Shown: piece by piece, positions 1 through 8,714 of the stretch
How the letters are laid out: each line of letters starts with the position of its first letter
Position numbering within the stretch: the first letter of the stretch is position 1
Assembly (NCBI GenBank): GCA_015232855.1
Contig: JADFYW010000009.1
Span: forward strand, 4,882 to 68,881
From: Fibrobacteria bacterium
Lineage (GTDB): Bacteria > Fibrobacterota > Fibrobacteria > UBA11236 > JADFYW01
Direction of reading: 5' to 3'
DNA: 64,000 nt
Program-made: the position numbers and the translations under genes
Notes under the pieces: generated by a model
What the model was told of the DNA's origin: nothing
The model's database searches: none
The model's input: the letters and a program-made list of their open reading frames with translations, nothing else

Positions 1-141
1 GAGAGTCGAATAAGTCAATTGAGTCGATTAATTACAATAATCAGCTCAATCAACTCAAAAGAAAAGCTGTTGCCGAGTTCTTCTAAATTAGTCTATTTGT
101 TGCCATTTTTGATTAAATGAAAGAAATCATTACTCTGCTAT

Positions 142-166
142 CATTTGTTCGCAATAAATGGTACGG
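142..166 (+). promoter_or_regulatory. Conserved 25-nt upstream motif CATTTGTTCGCAAnAAATGnTACnG (copy 1)
   Basis: 22 of 25 positions match a second copy at 4500..4524. It ends 33 nt upstream of the ATG at 199. Whether it is a promoter element or an operator is not established. Confidence 0.3.
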
Positions 167-198
167 TTTTTGAGTAATATCTATGCTATATTAGTTGT

Positions 199-1074
199 AT
201 GCCTAAGAATAGCTCACTTCCAAATATCTATGCTTATAATGATTTTAGAAAGTTTATTGCCGATTATCAGAAGGCTCGTCATGCTATAGATAAAAGCTTC
301 ACAAAAACAGAATTTTGTAAGCTGCTGGGAATCCCCAATGCCAGAAGTTATATCAATGATATCATCAGCCCAGAGAGGAAACGGAAACTCACCCCCAACT
401 TTGTCGAACTGTTTATCAGGACATTGAAATTTGATGCGAAAGAAGCATTATTTTTTCGCTGTCTGGTAAATTTTAATCAGGCAGTTTACCCTGATGAACG
501 GGACCTGTATTTTGATCAACTTATTTCCCTCAATCGCACACCCACCCGGAAATTGGATAAATTAGCCTACACCTATTACAAAGAATGGTATCATGGCGTA
601 ATCCGTGCCTTACTTGAAATACAGGACTTTGGGGAGGATGGCGATTACGCTGCGCTGGCACGTATGGTATACCCTCATATAAAAGAAACGCAAGCACGAC
701 AGTCCATTGTTTTGTTGAAAGAATTGCAGCTTATAGCAAAAAATGAGCATGGATTTTATAAGCCCACGGAGAAGTGCCTGGCAACGGATACGTTTCTTCA
801 AAATGAAATGGTGAAAAATTACCAGATCCGTTGTTTACAGTTGGCAGAAAAGGCCATCATTCAGAATACCAAACTTCCTCAGAGTGTTACCTCCCGGACT
901 ATCAGTGTTTCTTTGGAAGGGTATAAAAGAATAGAAAAACAAATAGGGAAATTTAGTTCAGAGATACGTTCCACTGTTCATAAGGACGAGAGTGCACCGG
1001 ACCGTGTATGCCATCTTGATATTTTGTTGTTTCCGGTATCACAGATTTCAGAGGCAGGAGAGGGACGTATATGA
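199..1074 (+). CDS. TIGR02147/DUF4423-like protein, putative HTH regulator
   Basis: 291-aa ORF. The N-terminal region (YNDFRKFIADYQ..FTKTEFCKLLGIPNARSYINDIISPERKRKLT..FFRCLVNFNQA) matches my recollection of the Fibrobacter-type TIGR02147 family with an XRE-like helix-turn-helix. Its stop overlaps the next start (ATATGA). Confidence 0.55.
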   Translation: MPKNSSLPNIYAYNDFRKFIADYQKARHAIDKSFTKTEFCKLLGIPNARSYINDIISPERKRKLTPNFVELFIRTLKFDAKEALFFRCLVNFNQAVYPDERDLYFDQLISLNRTPTRKLDKLAYTYYKEWYHGVIRALLEIQDFGEDGDYAALARMVYPHIKETQARQSIVLLKELQLIAKNEHGFYKPTEKCLATDTFLQNEMVKNYQIRCLQLAEKAIIQNTKLPQSVTSRTISVSLEGYKRIEKQIGKFSSEIRSTVHKDESAPDRVCHLDILLFPVSQISEAGEGRI

Positions 1075-2477
1075 AACTCATCCTATTAATGGCCTCCGCC
1101 TTCTTCATGTTGTTTTGTTCGAATAACGTTGATCTCACGGGTACAGTAGATGAGACGGGAACAGGAACACCTGCTGCTAAAGTAGCAGGAAGGGTGCTTG
1201 ATGGAGAGCAGAAACCTGTGGAGAATGCCATTGTTATTCTTCATGATCAGCAGGATATACAATTATCTCTGGAGTTGGTTACTGAGCGGCTGCAACAAGA
1301 AACCTATACTGATAGCAATGGATTTTTCCAGTTTGATTCTGTGGACACCAGCCAATACTACATTGAAATTAATGATAGAGATAGTCTCGGTTCATTTTCA
1401 AATACCACCATTAAATCGGGAGACACCATGGTTACGCTCAATGTTACCCTTACTAAGATGGGTGTTGTTGATGGAACTATTAAGACCAGTGGACGAAATA
1501 ATGTCTCGATATATTTCTTTGAGATAAACAGGGTTATCACCCTGGATTTAACCGGCAGGTTAGAACCTACCCGGCTACCCCCGGGTGAGTATTCCGTTCG
1601 CTTGATGGATGGCGATTCACTCATTCCCTCCTTTTTGGACACCAGTGCTATCAATGTGGTGTCTGGTGATACTGTTTTTCTATCTAATATTGAAGTCCAA
1701 AAAGACTCAGGTATGGTTTTAATACCAGCGAAGGACTCAAGTTTTCAAATGGGCAGTAATAACGGTTTACCCGATCAAAAACCGGTTCACACTGTAAGCT
1801 TCACTTATAATTTTTGGATGGATACCACAGAAGTTACACAGAAAGATTACTTAACCATAATGAACACAGCATATAATGATTTTTCTCCACCGGCCTGGGA
1901 CAAAGGTGTTGGTCCTGATTACGGTGTTTATTATGTCAACTGGTTTGATGCTGTGCTTTATTGTAATGCAAAAAGCAAACGAGTTGGGTTCGATACCGTA
2001 TACAGCTATGATTCAATAAGTGGTATACCTGGCAATGCTTGCCAACTAAATGGGCTTTCTGTTGATATAACCAAAAAAGGGTACCGATTGCCGACAGAAG
2101 CCGAATGGGAGTATGCTTCCCGGGCGGGAACTCAAACAGATTATTATTGGGAGAGTACTTCTGCAAATGATTACGCCTGGGATTTATCGAATAGTAATGG
2201 GATACAACATGCTGTTGCAACGAAATTACCTAATGCCTATGGTTTGTATGACATGGCCGGCGGACTTTGGGAATTGTGTAATGATACCTATGGACGTGAT
2301 TATTATGCAATTAGCTCTGAAGTAAATCCTGAAGGCTCAATCGTCGGAGAAGAGAGGGTAATGCGTGGCGGAGGCTGGAATAATGAAACTTCAGTTATAG
2401 GTTCTGCTGTTCGTTCCAAAGTAACCCCGGACTATATCCGCTATGTAATTGGCTTTCGGGTTGTCCTTCCTGAGTGA
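1071..2477 (+). CDS. Lipoprotein with carboxypeptidase-regulatory-like Ig domain and C-terminal FGE-sulfatase (SUMF1/EgtB/PvdO family) domain
   Basis: Signal peptide plus lipobox (FMLFC). GRVLDGEQKPVENAIV..TDSNGFFQF resembles a CarboxypepD_reg domain. The C-terminal half has FGE-sulfatase hallmarks (GYRLPTEAEWEYASRAG, NAYGLYDMAGGLWELC, RVMRGGGWN). Confidence 0.75.
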   Translation: MKLILLMASAFFMLFCSNNVDLTGTVDETGTGTPAAKVAGRVLDGEQKPVENAIVILHDQQDIQLSLELVTERLQQETYTDSNGFFQFDSVDTSQYYIEINDRDSLGSFSNTTIKSGDTMVTLNVTLTKMGVVDGTIKTSGRNNVSIYFFEINRVITLDLTGRLEPTRLPPGEYSVRLMDGDSLIPSFLDTSAINVVSGDTVFLSNIEVQKDSGMVLIPAKDSSFQMGSNNGLPDQKPVHTVSFTYNFWMDTTEVTQKDYLTIMNTAYNDFSPPAWDKGVGPDYGVYYVNWFDAVLYCNAKSKRVGFDTVYSYDSISGIPGNACQLNGLSVDITKKGYRLPTEAEWEYASRAGTQTDYYWESTSANDYAWDLSNSNGIQHAVATKLPNAYGLYDMAGGLWELCNDTYGRDYYAISSEVNPEGSIVGEERVMRGGGWNNETSVIGSAVRSKVTPDYIRYVIGFRVVLPE

Positions 2478-2487
2478 TGAGCATGTA

Positions 2488-4248
2488 ATGAAAACTGTTT
2501 TATCTCTTTTAATGGTGGTTAGCCTTGTGGTGGCCCAGTATCCTCAATACTCTGATCCCATATACCCGGAGTGCCTCGACCTTCAAGATAGTGATTTTAG
2601 ACTGGTTAAAATATTTTCTCTTTCAGATGACTCAACCTTAAGTGAGCCCATGCGTATGGACTTTTATCAGGACGATTCTCAAAAGGTGAATATTTACTTT
2701 ATCGAAAGATACGGAACAATCAAATATTTTAATGCGACCACCAAAAAACTTTCGGTTGTTGGCAAATTAGATGTTGTAGCTACAGACGCAGATGAGGCAG
2801 GTCTCATAGGCTTTGCTCTGGATCCTGGTTTTAAAGACAATCGATTTGTTTATTTTTATTGGACTCCTGTATCGCCAAGTGTGTATCGCTTGTCACGTTT
2901 TAAAATATCAGCAGACTCTAACAAACTTGATCCAACATCGGAAAAAGTAATTGTTGATATACTGGATACTCGTATTGGTGTGAATGGGGAACCAGGTGGC
3001 TTTTTTCATAATGGCGGGTCCCTGTTTTTTGATAAAAAGGGCGACCTTTGGTGGACCATTGGAGAGCATGATCATTGTAATGTTACTCCAGCCTCCTATC
3101 ATAGCACCACTGATAAAGAGTGTAGCGGAGAAGATAATTCCAGTGATACTCATTCGTGGTATGGCAGTATCGTGAGGATACATCTGAACCCGGACGGTTC
3201 ATATTCCATTCCTAAAGATAATTTTGGGGAATATTGGAGTAAGAAATTTGCTACTGAAGGGAGAATGACATTATCCCAAAAGTATGCTGACACCTCTTTG
3301 GTACGGCCAGAAATATATGCGAAGGGATTTACAAACCCGATGTCCATATCTATTGACCCTCTTACCGGTTGGGCGGCAGTATCAGATTGTGGTGCTCAAT
3401 GCCATAAAATAGATCCAACCCATTATTGCCCTGCTGACGGCCTGTCTGAAAAACATATTTTAATTACAGAACCTGGTTTTCATGGCTGGCCCTATTTTCA
3501 CGCTAAAAACCATCCTTATGCCATTACGGTCGAAGATGAAAAAGAACCGTTAAAGCCCGTTAACCTTTCACCCTTCAACCAGGGTGTTGATACGCTTCCG
3601 CCGGCTACTCCTGCAACTTACGTATACGGTCCTCCGGAATGGGGAAATTGGATTTGCTCGGTAGGGGGGACGTTCTATCGTTACAACTGGGGAAATCCTT
3701 CTGATATTAGCCTTCCACCCCATTTTGATGGTGTAATGATTTCTTCTGATTTAAACACCGGGTGGAAAAGGGCAATTGAAATAGATTCTGGTACCGGAGC
3801 TTTTATAAAAGCCAGTGCGGACTTATGGACAACACTTCTTGATACCACGCTTAATAAAGAGGTGAGCTCTACAGGAAAGGGTAATGTGATGGATTTAAGG
3901 CATGGCCCTGATGGGGCCTTGTATTTATTAAATTATTCACAAAGACAGTATACCGTTGATGAAACTACAGGCCTGTATAGAATAGAATATCATGGAGATT
4001 GTAAGCCTGTTGTTGGAACGAAAGATAATAGGACTGTACATCATAGGAATATTATCAAATCTGGATATATTGATATAGACGGTGAATATACCGCTGAGTT
4101 TTTCAAACTTAACGGAAAAAAAGTGTATTCGTTAAAAGGGTTTGGTAAAGAAAAACTTCCATTAGCACATCTTCCGGGATCAGGTCTTTATAAAATGAGA
4201 GTTCACAGCAACGGAAAAATACTTTATAGTATTTTTGTGAAAAACTGA
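2488..4248 (+). CDS. Secreted glucose/sorbosone dehydrogenase-like (PQQ-type) beta-propeller with T9SS-like C-terminal sorting domain, paralog 1
   Basis: I chose the start at the ATG at 2488 (MKTVLSLLMVVSLVVAQ signal peptide) rather than the ORF-track 2449, which overlaps the upstream gene. GSDH-like motifs: DEAGLIGFALDP..RFVYFYWTP, HNGGSLFFDKKGDLW, GSIVRI..PDGSYSIP, EIYAKGFTNPM, GWPYF, HGPDGALYLLNY. The last ~70 aa (..GLYKMRVHSNGKILYSIFVKN) resemble a Por/T9SS CTD. Confidence 0.7.
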   Translation: MKTVLSLLMVVSLVVAQYPQYSDPIYPECLDLQDSDFRLVKIFSLSDDSTLSEPMRMDFYQDDSQKVNIYFIERYGTIKYFNATTKKLSVVGKLDVVATDADEAGLIGFALDPGFKDNRFVYFYWTPVSPSVYRLSRFKISADSNKLDPTSEKVIVDILDTRIGVNGEPGGFFHNGGSLFFDKKGDLWWTIGEHDHCNVTPASYHSTTDKECSGEDNSSDTHSWYGSIVRIHLNPDGSYSIPKDNFGEYWSKKFATEGRMTLSQKYADTSLVRPEIYAKGFTNPMSISIDPLTGWAAVSDCGAQCHKIDPTHYCPADGLSEKHILITEPGFHGWPYFHAKNHPYAITVEDEKEPLKPVNLSPFNQGVDTLPPATPATYVYGPPEWGNWICSVGGTFYRYNWGNPSDISLPPHFDGVMISSDLNTGWKRAIEIDSGTGAFIKASADLWTTLLDTTLNKEVSSTGKGNVMDLRHGPDGALYLLNYSQRQYTVDETTGLYRIEYHGDCKPVVGTKDNRTVHHRNIIKSGYIDIDGEYTAEFFKLNGKKVYSLKGFGKEKLPLAHLPGSGLYKMRVHSNGKILYSIFVKN

Positions 4249-4282
4249 TTAGTTATACAGAACGCAGTATATCCCTCTATAC

Positions 4283-4403
4283 GTCAGTTCGAGTAGCTCT
4301 CCGAAGGAGGGCGTATCGAGAACACAACATTATGGATTGGATTTTATTGGTTGTACTTCTATGGTGCCTCTCGATATGGCACTTCATGCCTACTCGAGGT
4401 GAC
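4283..4403. repeat. Imperfect inverted repeat (intergenic palindromic element), followed by CTTTGCGTT-like short direct repeats to about 4460
   Basis: The left arm is GTCAgtTCGAGTAG..TATCGAGA. The reverse complement of the right arm is GTCAccTCGAGTAG..TATCGAGA. It lies in the 378-bp spacer between the two paralogs, and GC content is visibly higher than in the flanks. Confidence 0.6.
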
Positions 4404-4499
4404 GGTCTCGATACAACCCTTTGCGTTTCCTCTGCGTTCTCTGCGCCTTTGCGTTGAACCTGTTCAATATTGAACGGGATCTAGCTACCCCCCCACCAA

Positions 4500-4524
4500 C
4501 ATTTGTTCGCAAAAAATGTTACAG
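4500..4524 (+). promoter_or_regulatory. Conserved 25-nt upstream motif (copy 2)
   Basis: CATTTGTTCGCAAAAAATGTTACAG, compared with CATTTGTTCGCAATAAATGGTACGG at 142..166. It starts 127 nt upstream of the ATG at 4627. Confidence 0.3.
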
Positions 4525-4626
4525 CGCCACGGAAATATTCAGGGTATATTAATAATGTATTCAATCGTTTACTTATACAACATTATTATAATCGTTTTTA
4601 ACAAAAGCTACTATAGCGAGGTGTAA

Positions 4627-6390
4627 ATGACCAATTCATTAACAATATTATTATTGCTTGTAACAATCGTTAACAGCATATACGCACAATATCCTAAATA
4701 CTCTGGCACTGAACGTCCGGAATGTGTTGACCTTCAGGATAGTGATTTTAAAATGACGACTTTGTTTAAATTTAAAGATGATCCCTCTTTAAAAGAGCCC
4801 ATGCGCATGGATTTTTATCAGGACGATTCCGGTAATGTAAACGTTTACTTTATAGAAAGATACGGAAAACTCAAATATTATGATGCGAGGACCAAAAAAC
4901 TTTCATTAGTTGGTAGGCTCGATGTGGTTGCCTCTGGCAACGATGAGGCTGGTCTCATTGGTATGGCCCTTGATCCGGACTTTAAAAACAATAGACTGGT
5001 TTATTTTTATTGGACCCCTGTGGCCCCAAGTGTTTATCGTTTGTCCCGGTTTAAAGTACTAGGCGATTCCAATAAACTTGATCTCACCTCAGAAAAAGTA
5101 ATAATTGATATTCCTGATACACGCATTGGCGCAGGCGGAACAAAAGGAGGATATTTCCATAACGGGGGCTCACTCTTTTTTGATAATAAGGGAGACCTTT
5201 GGTGGACCATTGGTGAACACGACCACTGTAATGCCATTCCAGAAATTTATCATAACACTACAGACAAAGAGTGTAGTGGCGAAGATAATTCGAGTGATGC
5301 CCATTCATGGTATGGAAGTATCGTGAGAATTCACCCGGAATCAGATGGGTCGTACACTATTCCAGATAATAACTTTGGTGAATTTTGGAGTGAAAAATTT
5401 GCAGAAGAGGGGAGGATGACTTTGTCTCAGAAATACACGGATACTTCCTTGGTGAGACCAGAAATATATGCTAAAGGTTTCAGAAATCCTATGTCTGTGT
5501 CGGTGGATCCTGTCACTGGTTGGGCGGCTGTTTCTGAATGTGGTGCACAATGCCATAAAGTAGATCCTGCTTATTACTGCCCGACTGATGGTCTATCAGA
5601 AAAGCATATGCTGATTACAGAGCCAAGTTTTCAGGGTTGGCCTTATTTTCATGGTAATAATCATCCTTTTGCTATGAATGCAAGTGATGAGAAAAATGCA
5701 TTGAAACCTGTTAATAATTCACCTTTCAACCAGGGTGTTGATACGCTTCCCCCGGCCATACCGGGTACCTATGTATACGGTGCTCCGAAATGGGGTGATA
5801 ATATCTGCTCAGTAGGTGGCACATTTTTTCGATATAACTGGGAAAATCCCTCAGATATATCCTTGCCACCTCATTTTGATGGCGTTATGATCTCTTCTGA
5901 TTTAAATACCGGCTGGAAAAGGGCTATTGAAATAGATTCTGCAACGGGAGACTTCGTCAAGGTCAGTCCGGATTTATGGACCTCTCTCCTTGATACTACC
6001 ATAAATGCTGATTTAGGTAAAGAAGCAGGAAATGTTATGGATTTACGGCATGGTCCTGATGGTGCCTTGTATTTGTTGAACTATTCACAAATGCAATACT
6101 TACCAGATAAAACCACTGGGCTGTATAGAATCGAATATCATGGGGACTGCAGAATTACTCCTGTAAAGCGCTATACCCCAAAACAGCGAAATGTTATAAA
6201 GGCAGGATTTATTGATGTACAAGGTGAATACAGAGCTGAATTTTTTAAAATTAATGGCCAGAAAGTGTATACTTTCAATGGCTTTGACAAAGAAAAACTT
6301 CCGTTAGACCATCTTCCTTCATCAGGTTTATACAAAGTGAGAATTTCTACTAATAACATAATTGTTAATAGTGTTTTCATGAAAATGTAA
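4627..6390 (+). CDS. Secreted glucose/sorbosone dehydrogenase-like beta-propeller with T9SS-like CTD, paralog 2
   Basis: 587 aa and collinear with 2488..4248; roughly 70-80 percent identical by eye. It has the same motif set, a GAGGTG Shine-Dalgarno before the ATG, a signal peptide (..VNSIYAQ) and a C-terminal sorting-domain-like tail. Confidence 0.7.
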   Translation: MTNSLTILLLLVTIVNSIYAQYPKYSGTERPECVDLQDSDFKMTTLFKFKDDPSLKEPMRMDFYQDDSGNVNVYFIERYGKLKYYDARTKKLSLVGRLDVVASGNDEAGLIGMALDPDFKNNRLVYFYWTPVAPSVYRLSRFKVLGDSNKLDLTSEKVIIDIPDTRIGAGGTKGGYFHNGGSLFFDNKGDLWWTIGEHDHCNAIPEIYHNTTDKECSGEDNSSDAHSWYGSIVRIHPESDGSYTIPDNNFGEFWSEKFAEEGRMTLSQKYTDTSLVRPEIYAKGFRNPMSVSVDPVTGWAAVSECGAQCHKVDPAYYCPTDGLSEKHMLITEPSFQGWPYFHGNNHPFAMNASDEKNALKPVNNSPFNQGVDTLPPAIPGTYVYGAPKWGDNICSVGGTFFRYNWENPSDISLPPHFDGVMISSDLNTGWKRAIEIDSATGDFVKVSPDLWTSLLDTTINADLGKEAGNVMDLRHGPDGALYLLNYSQMQYLPDKTTGLYRIEYHGDCRITPVKRYTPKQRNVIKAGFIDVQGEYRAEFFKINGQKVYTFNGFDKEKLPLDHLPSSGLYKVRISTNNIIVNSVFMKM

Positions 6391-6404
6391 GCAAAGGAGT
6401 ATTT

Positions 6405-7748
6405 ATGATAAATAAAACATTGATTGGTATCATATTTATAATTGGATTATGGAGTAATACATTGGCCCAACTTGTCCCCGACCTTCTCAATTGGGATGGT
6501 TCGTATGATGACCTTATTACTTTGCCTCCATTACTGTCTCAAACAGGCTTTGATCCAGCACAAACAAATGTTTTTGTTCCTTATAAGGTGAATGTTCCCC
6601 AATATAAAAATCTCATGTATGCAAAAAGATACGTCTCTGTACCAGCAGGTACTACAATAATTCCGGGTGATAGTTTGAACTACCAATATCCTGTAGGTAC
6701 TACTTTTATTCGGGAAATATTTATGGATAGAGAGTATGGAAACCCTTCTACGCAAATTAAGGTTGAAGTCCAAATGCAAATAAGAACCACCCAGGAAAAA
6801 TGGGCACGAGTTAACTATTCTTACACCGCAGGTAGTAGTGACGCCATGTTGATTGATGGGTATTATGGCTACGTTGATACCGTGTATTCAATAAATGTCA
6901 AAGGTAAAAATCTTCCCTATGCAACTACCACAGGCACTACGGTGGAGAAGGTGTCCTTTCCCTATTTCCGGTTGGCAGGGGATTGTGAGCAATGCCATTG
7001 GGATAGTTCGCCCAATGGTTTTATTACGCAACAGTTAAACATGGAAAATCAGCTTCAAACATTAGTAGATAAAAAAGTGCTTTCTGCAGTGCCTGATGTA
7101 AATCAAATACAAGCTAAAGGCATGGTCGTTGATTGGAAGGAGAAAAAAGATACAGCTGCTAGTCTTTATAAAAGGGTCTTATCATATTTGGGGGCTAACT
7201 GTGGTCACTGTCATTCTTCCATGCAGGAGCGATTTATTTCTGGAAAGGTTTCTGAATTAGAATATTTTCGTCATCCTTCAAGTCCTATACCTCCTTTTAT
7301 GGTAAATGATACACTTGAATCAGAAATATTATTTAAAATTGGCAGGCCAGATAGCTCAATGGCCATCATGAGAATGCTGGATGGCACCATGCCTGCTGGA
7401 GAAGTTTCCCTACCTGATGTAATCGGTATTAAAATGATGTGGGATTGGGTAAATGGCCTGGATAATAATGCTGCCAATGATGTTCCCTGGGAAGATGTTG
7501 TCTTATCAACGAAAGATGTTTCTAAGAATAGTTCTCAGCGTAGATTTTCTGCTTCTTATGATAATGGACTTATTCGATTAAACGGTACCCGTTCGATAAA
7601 GTCCCCGGTTAGTCTTTATTCTATAAAGGGTCGTAATATTCAGGTACAGAAATTGCCCAATGGGAATTTCTCTGTAACTGAGAAATTATCTCCGGGTGTT
7701 TATTTTGTAAAGCGGGACACGGACATATCTTTACTATCGGTATATTAG
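6405..7748 (+). CDS. Secreted di-haem c-type cytochrome-like protein with T9SS-like CTD
   Basis: Signal peptide. Two CxxCH motifs: CEQCH at nt 6984..6998 and CGHCH at nt 7200..7214. The overall layout reminds me of the SO_2930-type dihaem family, but that is recollection only. The C-terminal ~80 aa (..LSPGVYFVKRDTDISLLSVY) resemble a T9SS CTD. AAGGAG lies before the ATG. Confidence 0.6.
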   Translation: MINKTLIGIIFIIGLWSNTLAQLVPDLLNWDGSYDDLITLPPLLSQTGFDPAQTNVFVPYKVNVPQYKNLMYAKRYVSVPAGTTIIPGDSLNYQYPVGTTFIREIFMDREYGNPSTQIKVEVQMQIRTTQEKWARVNYSYTAGSSDAMLIDGYYGYVDTVYSINVKGKNLPYATTTGTTVEKVSFPYFRLAGDCEQCHWDSSPNGFITQQLNMENQLQTLVDKKVLSAVPDVNQIQAKGMVVDWKEKKDTAASLYKRVLSYLGANCGHCHSSMQERFISGKVSELEYFRHPSSPIPPFMVNDTLESEILFKIGRPDSSMAIMRMLDGTMPAGEVSLPDVIGIKMMWDWVNGLDNNAANDVPWEDVVLSTKDVSKNSSQRRFSASYDNGLIRLNGTRSIKSPVSLYSIKGRNIQVQKLPNGNFSVTEKLSPGVYFVKRDTDISLLSVY

Positions 7749-7787
7749 CTAATACCTCGATATCGTGAGATCCCTTGCGTTAAAATA

Positions 7788-8495
7788 TCACAGCACCCGT
7801 TTGTTACCAAGCAACATCTCACACAAATAGTGGAGTAAATTAATATCCCGTCTTTTTAACAGGACGATTCGCTCAACAAGTTTTTTATAAAAACGGGAAT
7901 CGGATGAATTACCGGTCTGCTCGAATAGTGAGGCAATTTTACCCTTTAACTCACTAACACCTGCAGGTGGACATTCATCAAAGTCATTTTGACCAAAAGC
8001 ATCTATCGCTTCGGCCCCGGAACAAGATGAAAGAAACCAGGCGTATAACATCACCGCCTGAGAGAGATTAAGGGATGGGTAAGGCGCATGTAAAGGAATG
8101 CCGGAAATGATATCACATAAATCCAGTTCTTCGTTTCGAAGTCCGTTATCTTCCCGGCCAAATACAATCGCGACATTATGTATTGACTCTTCTTTATTAT
8201 GCAGAAACTTTTTGAGTTCCGGACCGGGGTGATAATTATGTTTAACGGTCCGATGTTTAGCCGTTGTTCCTATCACAAAATCCATTTTCTGAATTGCGTC
8301 TTTAAGGCTGGGGAAAACTTTGGCGTTATCCAGAATGTCATTAGCTCCATAAGCCAGCCATTTAGCTTTCTCTTGCTGATGCAGGTCTGAATTGATCAAA
8401 ATTAATTTGTCAAAGCCCATAGTCTTAATCGCCCGGGCGCTGCCGCCCACATTTTCGGGAACGATGGGTTCAACAAGGATAAAATGAAGGACCAT
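7788..8495 (-). CDS. trmJ: SpoU-family tRNA (cytidine/uridine-2'-O)-methyltransferase, TrmJ-like
   Basis: ILVEPIVPENVGGSARAIKTMGF.., VFGREDNGLRNEEL and SLNLSQAVMLYAW align well with the TrmJ/SpoU motifs as I remember them. Confidence 0.7.
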   Translation of the reverse strand: MVLHFILVEPIVPENVGGSARAIKTMGFDKLILINSDLHQQEKAKWLAYGANDILDNAKVFPSLKDAIQKMDFVIGTTAKHRTVKHNYHPGPELKKFLHNKEESIHNVAIVFGREDNGLRNEELDLCDIISGIPLHAPYPSLNLSQAVMLYAWFLSSCSGAEAIDAFGQNDFDECPPAGVSELKGKIASLFEQTGNSSDSRFYKKLVERIVLLKRRDINLLHYLCEMLLGNKRVL

Positions 8496-8644
8496 AAATA
8501 ATATTCCAGTCTTGTTAAAATATCCAATATTGATAAGTCATTATTAAAAAATAGCCTATTTTTACATACTGGTCATTCCTGGCTGCTTGCGTATTTCGCA
8601 CTTGTCATTGGCATACCATGGCGACTATGCGTATAAAACGCATT

Positions 8645-8674
8645 GCGGAAGAAAGCTATACTACTTTCTTCCGC
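8645..8674 (-). terminator. Possible intrinsic terminator after the 8715..11231 gene
   Basis: An 11-bp stem (GCGGAAGAAAG / CTTTCTTCCGC) with an 8-nt loop. On the minus strand it is followed by AAUGCGUUUUAU, which is only a short U-run. Confidence 0.4.
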
Positions 8675-8714
8675 ATATAGGGTTTCCCCTGAACCAAAGG
8701 GTAAGTACTGGGTA

